DNA of 64,000 nucleotides from Acanthaster planci (GCF_001949145.1 NW_019091361.1:1900866-1964865); one strand, 5' to 3'. Numbered from the stretch's first letter, positions 35,276-48,937 are shown. Translations and numbers: made by a program. Notes: generated from the sequence alone by a model not told the origin.

Positions 35276-35334
35276 TTAACCCTAACCCTCCTCAATCCTT
35301 CACCTGTTGGAGGATTGAGGAGGGTTAGGGTTAA
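35276..35334. repeat. Perfect 24-bp inverted repeat, TTAA-CCC...GGG-TTAA (piggyBac-like mini element)
   Basis: ttaaccctaaccctcctcaatcct / aggattgaggagggttagggttaa with an 11-nt spacer. Confidence 0.8.
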
Positions 35335-38300
35335 AGTAGTATCACCGGTGAACTTAGACATTCAGCATTAACATATTTCTATTGAAGAACCAGACTCGGT
35401 CTTGTGCAACGTCCTCATTATGTGTTTGAAAGGAATGAGTATCAATCTACTGTAAGAAAGCAACAGCTGTCAAACTGAAATTATATAGCACTGTTCTTCT
35501 CATTTCCCTTAGCGAGTAACAACCTAAAAACCATTGAAACTTCATTCTTTCAACTTCTTGGCAGTATCCAAGTACATTTTACCATTTCGTGTTCTGGCAG
35601 GCAAGATACATGCATGAAGTTTGCCTCAGGACCAGAAGGAACTTGTTCTGAGCCATGTCCTGGTTAACAAAAGTTGGATGGTGCAACCGGAGAGGTATGA
35701 ATTCATCAGCAAGGTATCTTTTTTTATATAAATCTTTTGCCCTTGTGGTTGTGGATGTTACTGTATCATACTTAAATTTCTCTCTGTTGGTCATGACTTA
35801 CAGAGAACTATATGAGCACAGAAGCCACTATTATATACATATGAGTCCTAGTTACAAAATTAATTTATACCTGCATCTGCACAATGTCACTGTATGTGCA
35901 CTAAGTGCAGTGGTGCAAATTGGGGGGGGGGGTGACTTGCCCAGCCATGAAAATTTGAAAAGCGGGGTGGGGCGGATGGCATTATGGCTTTTCAAAACTG
36001 TAATATTGAATGCATTTTAGTTGTTTTAAGTCTAAAAAGATTTTCACAATCCCCTTAAAATTTTGCTCACTGCAAAAATTGGTGCGCTCGTATGTGGTGC
36101 CTTGTCGGGTACCGGAACAATGGAAGGTACCCCACAAAGCTAGTTTTGATTCTTGGGTACCCCACAAGAATTTCACGAAAAAGATGTTTCAAATTTACTC
36201 AAAAAGGAGGAATTTCCAAATGCCATTCATCCGTCGCAAATTGAAGTGTTTTAAGGGACATACGGTCGAAATTTCAACCCAGGAAACTGAATTTAGTTGA
36301 AATGGCAGCGATTTGAAATTTTTCCTGTGTTGTGTAGGTGTTTTGTACACGAGAACGAAGGAAATACCCCACAAGTATACATATGTAAGGGTGTGTGTGT
36401 GTGGGGGGGTGATTCAATGGCCCATCCCCCTCCCTCAAAAAGTTGAGGGATGTACATGTACCCCCCCATTCCCCCAGGATTTACGTCCATGACTAAATGC
36501 ATGCAGTGTCGTCAATTGTTTTTTACATTTTGTAAAACATTAGTGTTACTAATGACTGCCAACCAAGCACTTTTGTGAACACTTGATATATTTTGCATGA
36601 AAGTTTCCATTGGCTATTTTACATCACTTTGTGACATACAGAACAAAATGTACCGAACTTGTAACAAAAGACACCAAACCAAACAACAGTAACTGATAGA
36701 CAGGTTGTCATTTGTAATGCTCTCAAGGCAGTTTTATTTCCTTGAATAGAATCAAGCGCTCTAAGTTAGAATACCTTATCATGTATACCTTATGGTCTGA
36801 TCAAGTTTGTACATAAATCATGTACAGTACATTTGCTTTGGAAGAATAATACGGCAATGAATATGTACGGGGCATGCTACTACATGTATGTTACATTGTA
36901 TACCATTACCTTTGACGTTCAAATAAGCAAGTAAAAATTTGTACCACCACTAGAAATCTTTCTTTTGATATGCTTTGGGTAATTAGTTGATGTGCAGACA
37001 TCTGGCATCACAAAATGTAGATTCTTACACTGTGCTAGTTACTTGCCGACATGCATAGTTTGTCAGAGAGCCAATTTGCATTATCTGGCAAATGTGAGTT
37101 ATGACCAATGAATACAGCAGCAACTTTCCCACTGTTATAAAAAAAAATATCAGGCATTCTCAATGGACATAGCAGACTTGTATGTGCGTAGAAATGATGG
37201 CTGAGAAGATGGCATATTCTGATTTTCCAATGACTGATTCCACTGATTCTGAAAGTGAGATCACTTGGTTGTACAAATTTGACCAGGCATGCACGTGAAC
37301 TACCAACAATTAGAAACGTAAGTTTCGGAGCAATAATCTGATCTGCATTTTTGTGGAATACATTTTGGCTGCTTCTCTTGACCTTGGAATGGTCTCTGTC
37401 AGTAAGAAAGTTTGAAAGAATGCCGTGTACATCCCCAGTACAGTAGCCTTTTTTGAATCACTTTTATGTGTGTTTTTATTGGACCAATCTAGACAGCTTT
37501 AGGACGAGATGTGTTGGCAATACTGATGGTTTACTAGAGAGATTTCATCAGGATCTTTGAATCAACTTTGCTGTGTTGAGGTGGCTGTAGAATAACTGTG
37601 CAGAAAAACAACTTGTTTTTTTGTTTTCAGTGAAAGAAGCCAACATGAACTGTGTACCAGAGGCTATGTTTTTGAATGATGTAGACTAAGCTCTTCCATA
37701 ATTAAAATACAAATTGTACTAACTCCTTGCTACAAGGTGCGTACTTGGAGTTCTAAACAAAATATGAGTGCTTTTGGCAATGAGGAACTACACAAACAGG
37801 CATTTGGGAAAGAAATACCTTTAATAACGAAAACCAAAATAATACAAAATTCCCCCTCTCAACAAAAGTGGAAAAAGGCTGCAATTTTCAAGGCACATGA
37901 CATGAGGTTTGTTGGCATCAAAATATTACGAGGTGCAATGTGCAATTAACATGCACATCAAATCTGCTGTAAGTGCATATTTTCAACAATAGACTAGGTT
38001 TTTTCTTAAGTCAGTTCAAGCTGTGATACATGAAGGCAAGTCAAATCCTGGAAAAAAAAAACACAAATTGATTTTATTAGAGATTGAATTTACAGAATTT
38101 GCCACAGGAGGGCATTTTTCCTTGTGGAAGTACATTGCAGGAATGCAACAGTAAAAAGATGCAGACGGCTGTGCCCTTGATTTTAAACATGTTGATTTTC
38201 ATGGACGTTTGTAAAAGCAGTTTGTACACTATCTTAAATTGATAACTGAGAACCAAATGGAGAACACTTTGCACAGTTCAAATATGATTTCACATAGTGT

Positions 38301-40929
38301 GGTGGAATTGTACAACAAATGAATTTTTTTCGACAGCAACCATCTCACTGTGCAATACTATGTAGAAGATTCTGCAGTTCGACGGAACTGCAGTGTGAAC
38401 CCTCATGTGTTTGTTTGATTGACAGGTTAGATACCTGTACATTTGTCTAAGAAATAGCTACATAATCCAAACCGGTGGGGGTGGGGGGAGGAAGGAGAAG
38501 CAGAAAAGAGTCAACGTACCCCATCAGAATGTTCTAGATATGAAAGCAACCTGAAACAAAACAATGTGTTTGTCTTGATTGCAGACCTACAGTGTAGCTA
38601 TGTTGAGTAGCTCAATTCAACCAATTTCAGCTGAGGATTCTCTCCGGGATGCAAATCCAACGAGCCTTTTGTGAGTTACATTTGAATAAAATCTGATTAA
38701 CTGAGTTCTTTTACACCTCGTGATTCGGGGCAAACTTTTGCTTAGTCACATAAGAGACACCTTGCACCAATACACTGTTCTCAATGGATAAGAAGGGCAC
38801 AAAGGAACCAGTCCATTCCAGAGATGGTTGTCACAATGCAAAAGCTTGCCCCGAATCACAAAGTATAGCAACAGTGTCTTTAGTCTGGGGAATTCAAGTT
38901 TTTATATTTATGTGCAATAAGATAACTCGATGTACCAGATTTTATTCAAATTTAACTTGCAAACGGCTTATTCCAAAATTCTTACAAATGGACAGTAACA
39001 CAACAATCTCCCTGAGTATTTCCATGCAAGAAAATGAAGGAATTAGTTTAAGATCTAAGAACTTCCATCCCAAAATGCGAATGGATTTTATAACAGATAC
39101 ACGACAATTTAATACAAGATGATGCAGATATCCTTGATAAGGCCAAGCAAAACAAGAAATTTCCTTGTCCGAATTTCTGGGGAACAAAATGGAGGAGCAG
39201 CCACTTCTATTCTTACCATACAGCGTCTCTCCAAAATGGCTGTGGGATTTTCTGGACCCATTCACCGATATATTTGTGTGTCTTGAAGGAGCTGTCTGGC
39301 ATCTCATAGGTTTCAAAATCCCATTTACAGCTACATGTGTATATTGATGGAAAGAAATGTTCAAAATACAGGCACACTGAATTTTGGCGAAAGGAGGGGG
39401 GGAGAAGAAGGGAAAAAAGGAACGTGACTGAGAAGAGAAACTACTCAATATGGCCTTTTACTTCGCTTTCTATTAGCAAGGAAGCCCCTTGAATAAGCCA
39501 CAATCCAATGTGTTACAGGACACCAATTTTTTTTTCTCAAATATTTAAATAATATCGGAAACCTTCAACTCTGGTTGGAGGACTGAAGGTCGTAAAAGGT
39601 TTAATACCTGTATGTGAACAAAAGGCAAAACACTGGACTTGGACATGTATAACGCTGAAATGATTTCACAGGTATCTAACCCATGAGACACTGCAACCTT
39701 CTAAATATACAAACAAAAACTGTAACTTAAAATTCTCATCAGCAGATTGCACTCTATGTGTAAAGTTTAACCTGTACCAAAAAGTCACTACGTGTAAGGG
39801 CATAGCCATGGGAACAAAGGAACATCAGTGTTTGGGACTCATTCTTCATGACGTTATAATTTTCCAACAGTCAGTCAAGTCAAAGATTCCTACCTGCCCC
39901 TTGAATCTTGTCTTGCAAGTGTTTCTTATATTTCAGTCATATACATGAAGGCTTCAAAAGAATGGTGCCAGTCCTGATAATGTGACTCAGTGCCTCATGA
40001 ATCTTGAAGCTAATGACCCAGACCACAGGTTATGATACAAAGAGAAACAGTACCAAACAAAAACATCCAACCTGTCGACATGTAGCCACATATGACCACA
40101 ATTTCAGAACTTGACAGCCTCGTACACAGATCAAGCTCAACGACTGCTGTAGAACCAGTTTTTAAAATATTAAGTTAAATTATTACAATTACTGAACAGA
40201 CCCAACATTGACTCTGCTGTCGTTGTAGCAGACCAGTGTTCACCACTGACCGTTGTTCTTTAAAAAAAAAAGCATCATAAAAAAATAAAATAATTTACAA
40301 TCTCTCTGTTTCAATGCCAGTTACACACACCTGACAGCTGGTTATTGGCCTTTTTTTACAATTCGTTAATTTTTCAACCGTTCCCCATTTACTATACAAT
40401 TATCAAACAAGAACGCTCCATCCTTCTAATTTAGTCATTGTTTAAGTTAATTAATTCTACACATTCTTAGGAAGAGTGCATGCAACCGTCAAGTATGTTA
40501 TTCTGACATTGTGGCTACAGTATACATGCATGGCGTGTTGAAATATCAAAATGGAAGACCTCGTGATAAAAATGAATTTGCTGTTTAAAAAAAGAGGAAA
40601 AGAACCCTTTGTACTGGCTTCTCTCAACGTTGTCAATAGAAATCAAGAACCTTTTGAATATTGTAATCAAGAATGCTATACTACAGAGATCACTCAAAAA
40701 AGTAATGCATCAAAACAACAGTAGTTGTGTTTACAATTTTGACACCTTGACAGTGAAACAATTAAAAATATGTAAAAGAGTCCACACTCAGAAAGACATC
40801 TGAGGGGTAATGGTGTATGTACAGCAGAGAAACTGATGCGTAATGGTCACTTTGACAATTTAGTATTGTTAAGGTTGAGGAAACAGTTGTTGTGAAGCAC
40901 CTTGAAAATCAAACTAACTGTGCCAATAC

Positions 40930-41093
40930 GGGCGTTTCACAAAAGTGCGCCTCCAAGAGTTTGCAACGCGTTGACAATGAGCGAAATCTGTCCATCTTTT
41001 CCAACCGCACATTGTGTTGACAGATTTCGCGCATTGTGATTGGTCAACGCACTACAAAGTAAACTCTTGGAGGCGCACTCTTGTGAATCGCCC
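40930..41093. mobile_element. Palindromic MITE, full copy
   Basis: gggcgtttcacaaaagtgcgcctccaagagttt ... aaactcttggaggcgcactcttgtgaatcgccc. Confidence 0.75.
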
Positions 41094-41694
41094 TTATCAA
41101 ATGAGCTGTAAAGCATACCAATTGACCAGCATAAAAATTAGTCACCAAAAAACATTATAAACAGTCACTTAGTTCGAAACTTTGCTTAGTTGCACAAGAA
41201 ACTGACTTGGATGCACACTCTCTCCTCGCAGCTATGGTTTTGGAGCTCCAGTTGATCCACTGCAGCCTTAAGAATGATGTACATGATGTATGTCTCAGCA
41301 ATGCAGGAATGACAACATTCAAGAGCTCCAGATAAGCAGGTTGACCACTAGAAGCCACTTGAGGGAGCCCTTCAAATGGCCAATGAGACTGAAAACAATG
41401 TTGTATCAACACACTAGCAAAATTCACATATCTCCTCCAGAGTTGAGACCATCTTTACAGAGCTGGCATGTTTAAATGGATGTTTGTAACAACGTATGCT
41501 ACAAATCACTTAATGTCAGTCAACTCGACTAAGTTGACTGACATAAGATATAAAATGTTACTTGAAACCAACCACTTCCTACATGGAGAGAGATTTTTGA
41601 ACACTGTGTTTCCCTGTTTATTTAAAAATCCCTAACTGATTCCCTTTGAGTGAGTAGTTGTCTTTGCGTATTTTGTCCAGCCATCTTAGCTTCT

Positions 41695-42912
41695 TTATCG
41701 TGATGCTACTGTACTAGACGAGTTGTTAGGCGTCCCATTGATTCTCATCTGGTTCTCCTCGATGGCTCGTGGGTCTGGCAGAAACTTGTACATTGGCATG
41801 CTGTTCAGGATAACCCTGGCTGCGTCATCCCGGCCGAGGGCCCTCAGCTTGACCACCAAGGTACCAATGGTGCTGCCGGGGTCACTGCCCCACTCCTGCA
41901 GTGTCCTCTCTGTGGGGCTGTCCGACTCTTCGGGGCCGCATCGGTTGTTCATGGGGTCCAGGCTGGGGACGCGGTCAATCATGCCCAGTGACAGTGCCAT
42001 GAGACACCAGTCTTTTCCCATGGGGTCAGGGGGGTCGAGGAGCATGCTCAGTTGCCTCCGGGTCAGCTCAGGGAGATCCCCGACATGTAGGTTGATCCCT
42101 GGGATGGTGTTAGCCTCAATGGATTCACTGCCAAAGCAGAAGATGTCCGTGAACGTCTCCTCCTCCTCAGTGATCTCGTTACGGACTGCCCGGTCTCTGT
42201 TCATCTGCACCTCAAAAATGTGCTTGGGCTCGTACGTCATGACGAACCGGTCGTGGTTGCGAAGCTGGGTGGGGCTCAACACATCTTGGTTGAGAAGCAA
42301 CCCCGGGTACGACTCCTCAACAACGTTTCTAACGAGATGGATGAGGTCCTCCATGAATACAAAACAGCCCTGTCTGGTATCATTGATGCCACGTACCCTG
42401 ATCTCAATGCTCTGGCCCTCATTGGTCAGTATTAGTAAGGCTTCCATGCTACCACTCACACACTTGGCTCCGTCCTTCCACAGCACTAAGTCTGTGTCCA
42501 AATCCTCAACGTCTTGTTGAAAGTTCCTTCTCAATGACAACTGCAGACGGGCGAATAACCCGATGGGCAAGACACTCGTGCAGTCTACTATCTGCAGGCG
42601 CACCCCTCCGTATACGTTCAAGTTGCCGTTCTCGTCTTCCTTCTCCCAGATTCCAAGCGGTGCGTTGCTTTTGATGAGCGAGGGGAACTCGCAGACCGTG
42701 CCCTGGGTGCAGATGTCCATGGCCTCCAGGAGCTGGACGACATCCACTGAGTCTGTTTCTGGGAAGACTGATTGGATGTAATGGACGCTGTACTGACCGT
42801 ACGGCTGATCGGTCATGTCTGGGGACAGAAGCTGGCCGATCACGTTGGAGCAGAGCCACCGAGGTTCTATTAAGATGATCTCTTGAAGAAGCTCACTCAT
42901 GAAGCACTGGAC
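41695..42912 (-). CDS. DAPK1: Death-associated protein kinase, terminal exon (COR + death domain)
   Basis: CAG|GTC acceptor; 405 codons + TAA; IEPRWLCSNVIGQLLS (COR), LSMLLDPPDPMGKDWCLMALSLGM and TIGTLVVKLRALGRDDAA (DAPK death domain); ends SSTVASR. Confidence 0.95.
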   Translation of the reverse strand, partial: VQCFMSELLQEIILIEPRWLCSNVIGQLLSPDMTDQPYGQYSVHYIQSVFPETDSVDVVQLLEAMDICTQGTVCEFPSLIKSNAPLGIWEKEDENGNLNVYGGVRLQIVDCTSVLPIGLFARLQLSLRRNFQQDVEDLDTDLVLWKDGAKCVSGSMEALLILTNEGQSIEIRVRGINDTRQGCFVFMEDLIHLVRNVVEESYPGLLLNQDVLSPTQLRNHDRFVMTYEPKHIFEVQMNRDRAVRNEITEEEETFTDIFCFGSESIEANTIPGINLHVGDLPELTRRQLSMLLDPPDPMGKDWCLMALSLGMIDRVPSLDPMNNRCGPEESDSPTERTLQEWGSDPGSTIGTLVVKLRALGRDDAARVILNSMPMYKFLPDPRAIEENQMRINGTPNNSSSTVASR

Positions 42913-44321
42913 CTGTTGAAAAAGAGAAATAAAATAGCTGTCAATCCATCATTTTATATTCCATAAACTGCAACATTAACCTGTCTTAGCTGAAGGGAGG
43001 GTTAATATGCACCTACAAAGAAAATCACCTGCTTGAATCCCTAAATTGCCTACCACCCCAAAGAGGTACCAGGTATTTAACAACCATTCATAAATACCCC
43101 AGACAGTTTCCCTATTCAACAACTTGCAACTTGACTGTGTATTAACATTTGATAATGCCTGCTGAGAAGTGATAATGCCTGCTGCGTAAATCATGCGCTG
43201 GTACCTGGATACAAGATTGGTCAAGAATCTGTGTTCACGCGGCTTGCCACGCGCATGCCAAGTCCATATAAGCAGATTCTTTTGGGCAACTTGTACAAGG
43301 AATACATGTATGCCATAAAATGGATGGGGTGTTCGGCAAAATGACAGTAAAATTATAGAACAAAATCGTCAGAAATCCATCATTTATTGATTTTTTTTGA
43401 CACACTGACTGAAAAAGGTATTTATGAATGGAAATAAATATATGTATGTGCTTGGCGGGTCTTAAACTAATGTTTAGGACCGGCTCAGGAGACTGAAGGC
43501 AGATAATAGCCTCGCCTGCAGCTGGGGCATTTGTGGCATTCACTCTCCTGAGCCGGTCTTAAACGCACGTTAAGATCGGCCAAGCACGTTTGTCCCCTTA
43601 ACCATATGCTGCTGGGGAGTCCAGTTTTGGGCACATAGGATTTATACATGAAACTGGGGAGCCCGAAACCGGACAAAAGAGCTGGGCCTTGTAACAAAAG
43701 ATCGTTCTCGGAACTAAAGATAGAGCTGCTGGGAATTGCCAACATTTTATCAGTTGTCAATAGCGGAGGAAATCCATCATCATTTTGAGAGATTATACCA
43801 CTGTTTGTGGCAATCAGCACGAGCAGATTACAACTGAGGACAAAAACGCTCCAGCGATGAGCGATACATACCACTGCACACTAATCTGGCCCCCACTGAA
43901 AAGACGCCAGTAGCAAACTGTGCCAGTTTCGGGAACAAAAGAAAGTTACATAACACCACACAATTTGGGCTCTTTTTACAAGGCGGCAGACCTGGTTGAA
44001 ATACTCGGGCATCAACAGATGTTGTCTATCAGATTAGAGTAGTCACCACACAGTTATTCGTGTGGATGTAAACATCCAGTAAATGAAGCTATGACATTTT
44101 GAAGAATTTTGAAAAATGAAAATCTGGAAAATCTCCCGGTTTCACGTCATGCAACTTCAAACTCCACCTGGCAGCAAGTGGTTAATAAAGAGTAAAGTAT
44201 AGCTAAAATTAGGAACAGTGGAACAAAATTTTCCGTTTAAGATTCCGTTCTTTGTCAAATCATATTTTTGCCAACCTCTGGTCTACAATCTTGCCATGTT
44301 ACAAGTCTGAAGTCGCCTCAC

Positions 44322-44516
44322 CTCCCCCATGTAATGCAACTGTCTGATCACGTCCTTGAGGTGCAGCTCGCTGGCCAGTGGGTTGATGTTTGTATGTACC
44401 ATCTCCTGAAACTGTGGCCACGTTAGGACAGGGAAAGACTGGCATTTGTCGCTCTTGCGCCACACCGGTAGGATGGACAGAACTGCCTCACACAGGACTG
44501 TCAGAGGAGGTTCGTG
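44322..44516 (-). CDS. DAPK1: DAPK exon (COR)
   Basis: 195 nt; LPVWRK...FPVLTWPQFQEMVHTNINPLASELHLKDVIRQLHYMGE. Confidence 0.9.
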
Positions 44517-45320
44517 CTGACAGACAAGACGAAATGGATCTAATCTTAATCAAAAGCTCACAAACTAATTCCAACGGTTTGAATGAGTAGCCACGTCTCT
44601 GCGCTGCACCAAAAAAATGGGATACTTGTGGACATATTCTGCAAAGTGCTTTACTTTTACTTTTTCAGATATCTCTGCTATAATAAGACAGTGCTGGTGT
44701 GTTACAGTCAAATGCTTTCTGGTAGAAATTGTGAACCTAAAGTGTAACTTTATTTCTGTAGTCCAGTCCATCACAACTCACAACATCATGAGCTACTCAA
44801 ATGAATGTGAAAGATTCACAATAGTCCGTTTCCAAGAGTTTACAACGTGTTGGCCAATCACGACACCTGAATTTCGTCGACCCAATGCGCGTTTGGAAAG
44901 GGTCGACAAATTTTGCGCTTTGTGATTGGCCAACGCGTTGCAAACTCATAGAGGCGCACTGTTGTGAATTGCCCGTATTGTGAATTTATCATTGTTCATC
45001 CCGTCACTCGTGACTGGTCTTGTGAGTGGATTTGACTACAGCCCTGTGAACTCACTGGAATTTTATACAATGTACCAAATGAAAAACATGCCACAGACAA
45101 AGGCAAAAACACAGTAATACTCTTAAAAATTGATAGACCAATGATGGTTACCAATTGTATAAAAATAGAACTGCTGGAATATACAGGTGGCAGAGAAAAA
45201 TGTGTACACAGTCTCCAACTATGCATCCTTCTTGTGGATCTTGAATATTCTTTCAAAGAAACAATGTTCTTATGAATGTATACTAAGGGAGGAAAGCTTT
45301 CGAAGACAAAGCTGTATCAC

Positions 45321-45580
45321 CTTGACGACAGAATTCCTCAGGTTAGACAAGTGCGTCCGCAGGAGCTTCATGTCCCTGGACTGGGAGTTGTTGGCATCGA
45401 CCACGAACAACATCTCACAGATATCAAAGAGACGGCCAAAGTTCTTCTTGATCTGATAGAGGACGATGTTTCCTTCCCCGCTGATGAGCTCTCCCGAGGG
45501 CAGCTTGGGGCAGGTGCGGAAGTCTGCATGCGTCGCCACCAGGGCAACCTTCATCTGTTGGCTGTACTTGCCACAGTGAC
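45321..45580 (-). CDS. DAPK1: DAPK exon (ROC)
   Basis: 260 nt; KVALVATHAD (G4-like), LFVVDANNSQSRDMKLLRTHL. Confidence 0.9.
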
Positions 45581-46232
45581 CTAAAAAAATGCCAAATCGT
45601 ACACATGAGGAATTTGATTGACACATGGAAAATGTAAAGAGACTCCCTTTTTCTATCAAAATCTGTATTTGTGACTAAACTAACAGATATTACAGAGTTT
45701 TGACCACTCTAAAAGAATTCCGAAAAAGAAACATGACGTAACAACCGCCCACACGATGCATATACCCAAGTTTTTTGCATATGTTGCATAGTACAACCCT
45801 TTTTGAAACATAGTGGACACAACAGAGGGGCCACTTTCTGACATAAAACTTGACAAAATGCAAGAGTTTAGCCAAACCAATCAGTGCCCTCCTAATGTGT
45901 CCCCTATATGCCAACAGGCTTCTTCAAGGCTACAAAATTTTCATCAGAATGAAAACAAATTGGTAATTCCTTTGTATGGGTTTCTTCTGTAGAGCAGACA
46001 TGGTACTCCACTCTCCACCATTTTTCATTTCTACTACTGAGGGATACTTGCAGCGGTGTGCGTAAAGATCACAAACAAAGCAGGACACAAAACTGATAAA
46101 GACCTTGTCAGAGTTTGGGTTCACAATCTCGCAGTCTGGAGGAAACACAGCAAGCCTCCACAAAGGATCTAAACCCTGCATCGCCCCTCTCTCTCTTCCT
46201 AACTTGCGCCACGGATGTAACTGTGCACTCAC

Positions 46233-46427
46233 CGATTGGTTCTGACACCGGTAACCTGGACTTGAGATAGTTCATCCAGTAGGTGACCTGAGATAGCTGA
46301 TCCTCAAATGAGTCATCCAGCCTGAAGACGATGAGATTAACGGCGCCGTCGTCGTCCATGAAGTGGCAGTAACTTGTGTGGTATGACTCGTAGCCAGAGA
46401 ACTCCATAACTGAAAACTCCCCCGCAC
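46233..46427 (-). CDS. DAPK1: DAPK exon (ROC)
   Basis: 195 nt; GEFSVMEFSGYESYHTSYCHF...YWMNYLK. Confidence 0.9.
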
Positions 46428-46798
46428 CTTGACACATAGGAAAATTTACCCCTAAAATAACATGAATCCTGAAGACATTCCTTCATTTGAGAAGCATTGC
46501 ACAGTTGGACTACAAACCTCGCTGATGTGACTTCAGGCAAGTAGTTTTTTCAGTATAGGCTAGTGTACATTTCGGGAAATAAGAAAAACTAATGCCTTTT
46601 TACCAAGGTACTTGGTGGCCATTCTCAGAAAAACTCCCAGACAAGTTTTTCAAATGCTGACCATCATTATAACATCAGAAAACCTTTCAATAACAGATGG
46701 AGTGAGGGAAGAGTGAGGCTTCAGTTAGGACAGAGAACAGCCCTCCTGTAAAAATTAATTGCAACCTACAAGAAAGCCCACATCCCTACATTTCCTAC

Positions 46799-47105
46799 CT
46801 GGTACGTTGACCTGTGACATCTCTATTCCCTTGGTGCCACTGTAGTCCTGCTCAGAACTGCTGGTGGAGCTGGACCTCCCTGTCAAGCTCTCTTTACTGG
46901 TGATGTATTTCTTGGTGGCCGAGCGACCGATGAGGGACAAGTTGGACTTGGAGCGACGGAAGAGGCCGCGGAGGTAGCCGCACTTCAGGGAGTCGATGAG
47001 GGTGCTCTTGCCCACTCCCTGGTGCCCAAAGATTTTCAAGCGGATCCGAGAGAGAGGTCCTGAGTTTGCACTTAGTTGGTGGACGTACACCTCTCTCATC
47101 TTTTC
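46799..47105 (-). CDS. DAPK1: DAPK exon (ROC P-loop)
   Basis: 307 nt; RIRLKIFGHQGVGKSTLIDSLKCG resembles DAPK1 RIKLKLFGHSGSGKTTLVESLKCG. Confidence 0.93.
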
Positions 47106-47567
47106 CTTTGAAATACAAAAAGATGGAGAGATACAATGTAGAAACCCTGTACATGCAAAGGCTGATTCAAGTAAATTAAAAGGGAAAATTTATCATCATA
47201 ACCGAGCCCCCAAAAGAACTGGACATTATGACGTTTGTGTAATGAGTGAAAATGCCCACTCTATTCCTTATTTATTCCCAACCTCTTGAGTTTTAAGTGA
47301 TAGGTACCTAACAGTATCATGTTTCCTAACTTAAGGAATGATTTTTGTCATAGACGGGTAATGAGTTATACATCCTCGGAATTACCCTTACTGTGAAAGA
47401 AAATTTGGCAATTATGGTGAAGACGTTTTAGTTGGTTAGACACCTACTTTACAATGTAAAGCTGAAGTGTGTGTGTCAACCAGTAAACCTGAGGCTAACC
47501 AAATCAAATACAACTTTGCGGTCTTTCTCATCATCTCACTTTCACTGCTGTTTTTGGAGCAACTTAC

Positions 47568-47645
47568 CCCTTGCACCTGCTTGAACAGAAGTACCACATC
47601 CTCATGTCCCTCCAGAGATGCAATCTGTGAAGCCGTCAAACCATC
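47568..47645 (-). CDS. DAPK1: DAPK exon (last ankyrin)
   Basis: 78 nt; DGLTASQIASLEGHEDVVLLFKQVQG. Confidence 0.88.
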
Positions 47646-47956
47646 CTGCAAAGGGCAACATTCAGAAAAATAAGTGCATTGGTCTAAGGTTTGATCCCAC
47701 TTGATACCCTCCCCCCCTGAAATCAGTGACCTATATGATCAATGATGCAAGACTGGTGATTGTGATTCCAGCTGAAAATCATCTCAAAATCAAGAAGCCC
47801 AGAGACAAACCCTTAACCTCTAATCTTGCAACTACTGACTGTCAGAGGATTATTTGATTGGGCGAATTGAAGGGAGAACTAATTTCTAAATTAGTCAAAC
47901 TGTACATATTTAACTCGTGGTTGATGTTGAACCAAAACACGGCTGTCGTTAGGTAC

Positions 47957-48055
47957 CTTGTTCCTGTGCTCCAGCTTGCATCCAGAAAGGCACAGGTACC
48001 TGACTATTTCTATATGGCCATTCCTGGCAGCTACTTGAAGTGGTGACATTTCACT
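47957..48055 (-). CDS. DAPK1: DAPK ankyrin exon
   Basis: 99 nt; SPLQVAARNGHIEIVRYLCLSG. Confidence 0.9.
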
Positions 48056-48428
48056 CTGTTTCAAGATGTAAACCAAAAAAAATAAATAATACTTATTAAT
48101 CAATCTCACACTCAAAGTGTCTCATGTTCTCTGAGTCTATATAGAGTCAACAGTCTTCAGGGTCTCTCAAGTATGAGAGAAAATGGCTCAAAGCTGTAAG
48201 CATACTCAGTAGACAACTCCACAATGCCAATGGTACAGAAAAAAACAAACAAAGCACTTCAGGTCTGGAAGTTGCAGACTTCAGGCTCCTCTGGGCCCTT
48301 GCCCTCCCCCCATCAGCATCAACATTATCCACTGCTCTTGTGATGCACCTCCCTTGCTGATACTGTGCCCCCTTCCCCTCAACCCCCGATGGTGGTGATG
48401 GGGCTGGGCTACTCACAAGAACTTTTAC

Positions 48429-48527
48429 CTTATTCAATGTGTCTACACGGCTACCAGCGCAATGCAGTAACTCCAGGATGTGAAGGGATCCATCTTTGCT
48501 TGCTATGTGTAGAGGTGTGTCACCCAG
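48429..48527 (-). CDS. DAPK1: DAPK ankyrin exon
   Basis: 99 nt; LGDTPLHIASKDG. Confidence 0.9.
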
Positions 48528-48739
48528 CTGAAAAAAAAGTGAAATCTGAAGTTGTTCTGACCTTGATACATGCATTTCCCTAAAAGTTTTAGTTTCTTAG
48601 AGGAATTTGCAAATTTCTCACCATGGATTTTATTTGGCGAGATTTCCAAACTTTCCATAATTTTCTGCTAACAGAAGTGAACTGGAAATACTTGAACACA
48701 TTCACAAGACAGACGAACAATAAATAAACTGGTGCACAC

Positions 48740-48937
48740 CTTGTCTTGCATGTTGACATTACAATTGCTCTCGCACAGGAACCTGACAATGCTGTAATGG
48801 TGTCTCCTGACGGCGTGGTGTAGTGCCGTCAGTCCCTGCTTGTCGGTGTTGTTCAGCTTGGCTCCAGCCTTGACCAGGATTGATACAATCTCCAGGTGAC
48901 CCCGAGCTGAGGCACAAAGGAGTGGCGTCTCACCGTC
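48740..48937 (-). CDS. DAPK1: DAPK double-ankyrin exon
   Basis: 198 nt; DGETPLLCASARGH...GLTALHHAVRR. Confidence 0.92.

Noticed and set aside
41723..42520. 265-aa + strand ORF
   Set aside because: Antisense shadow of the GC-rich DAPK terminal exon.
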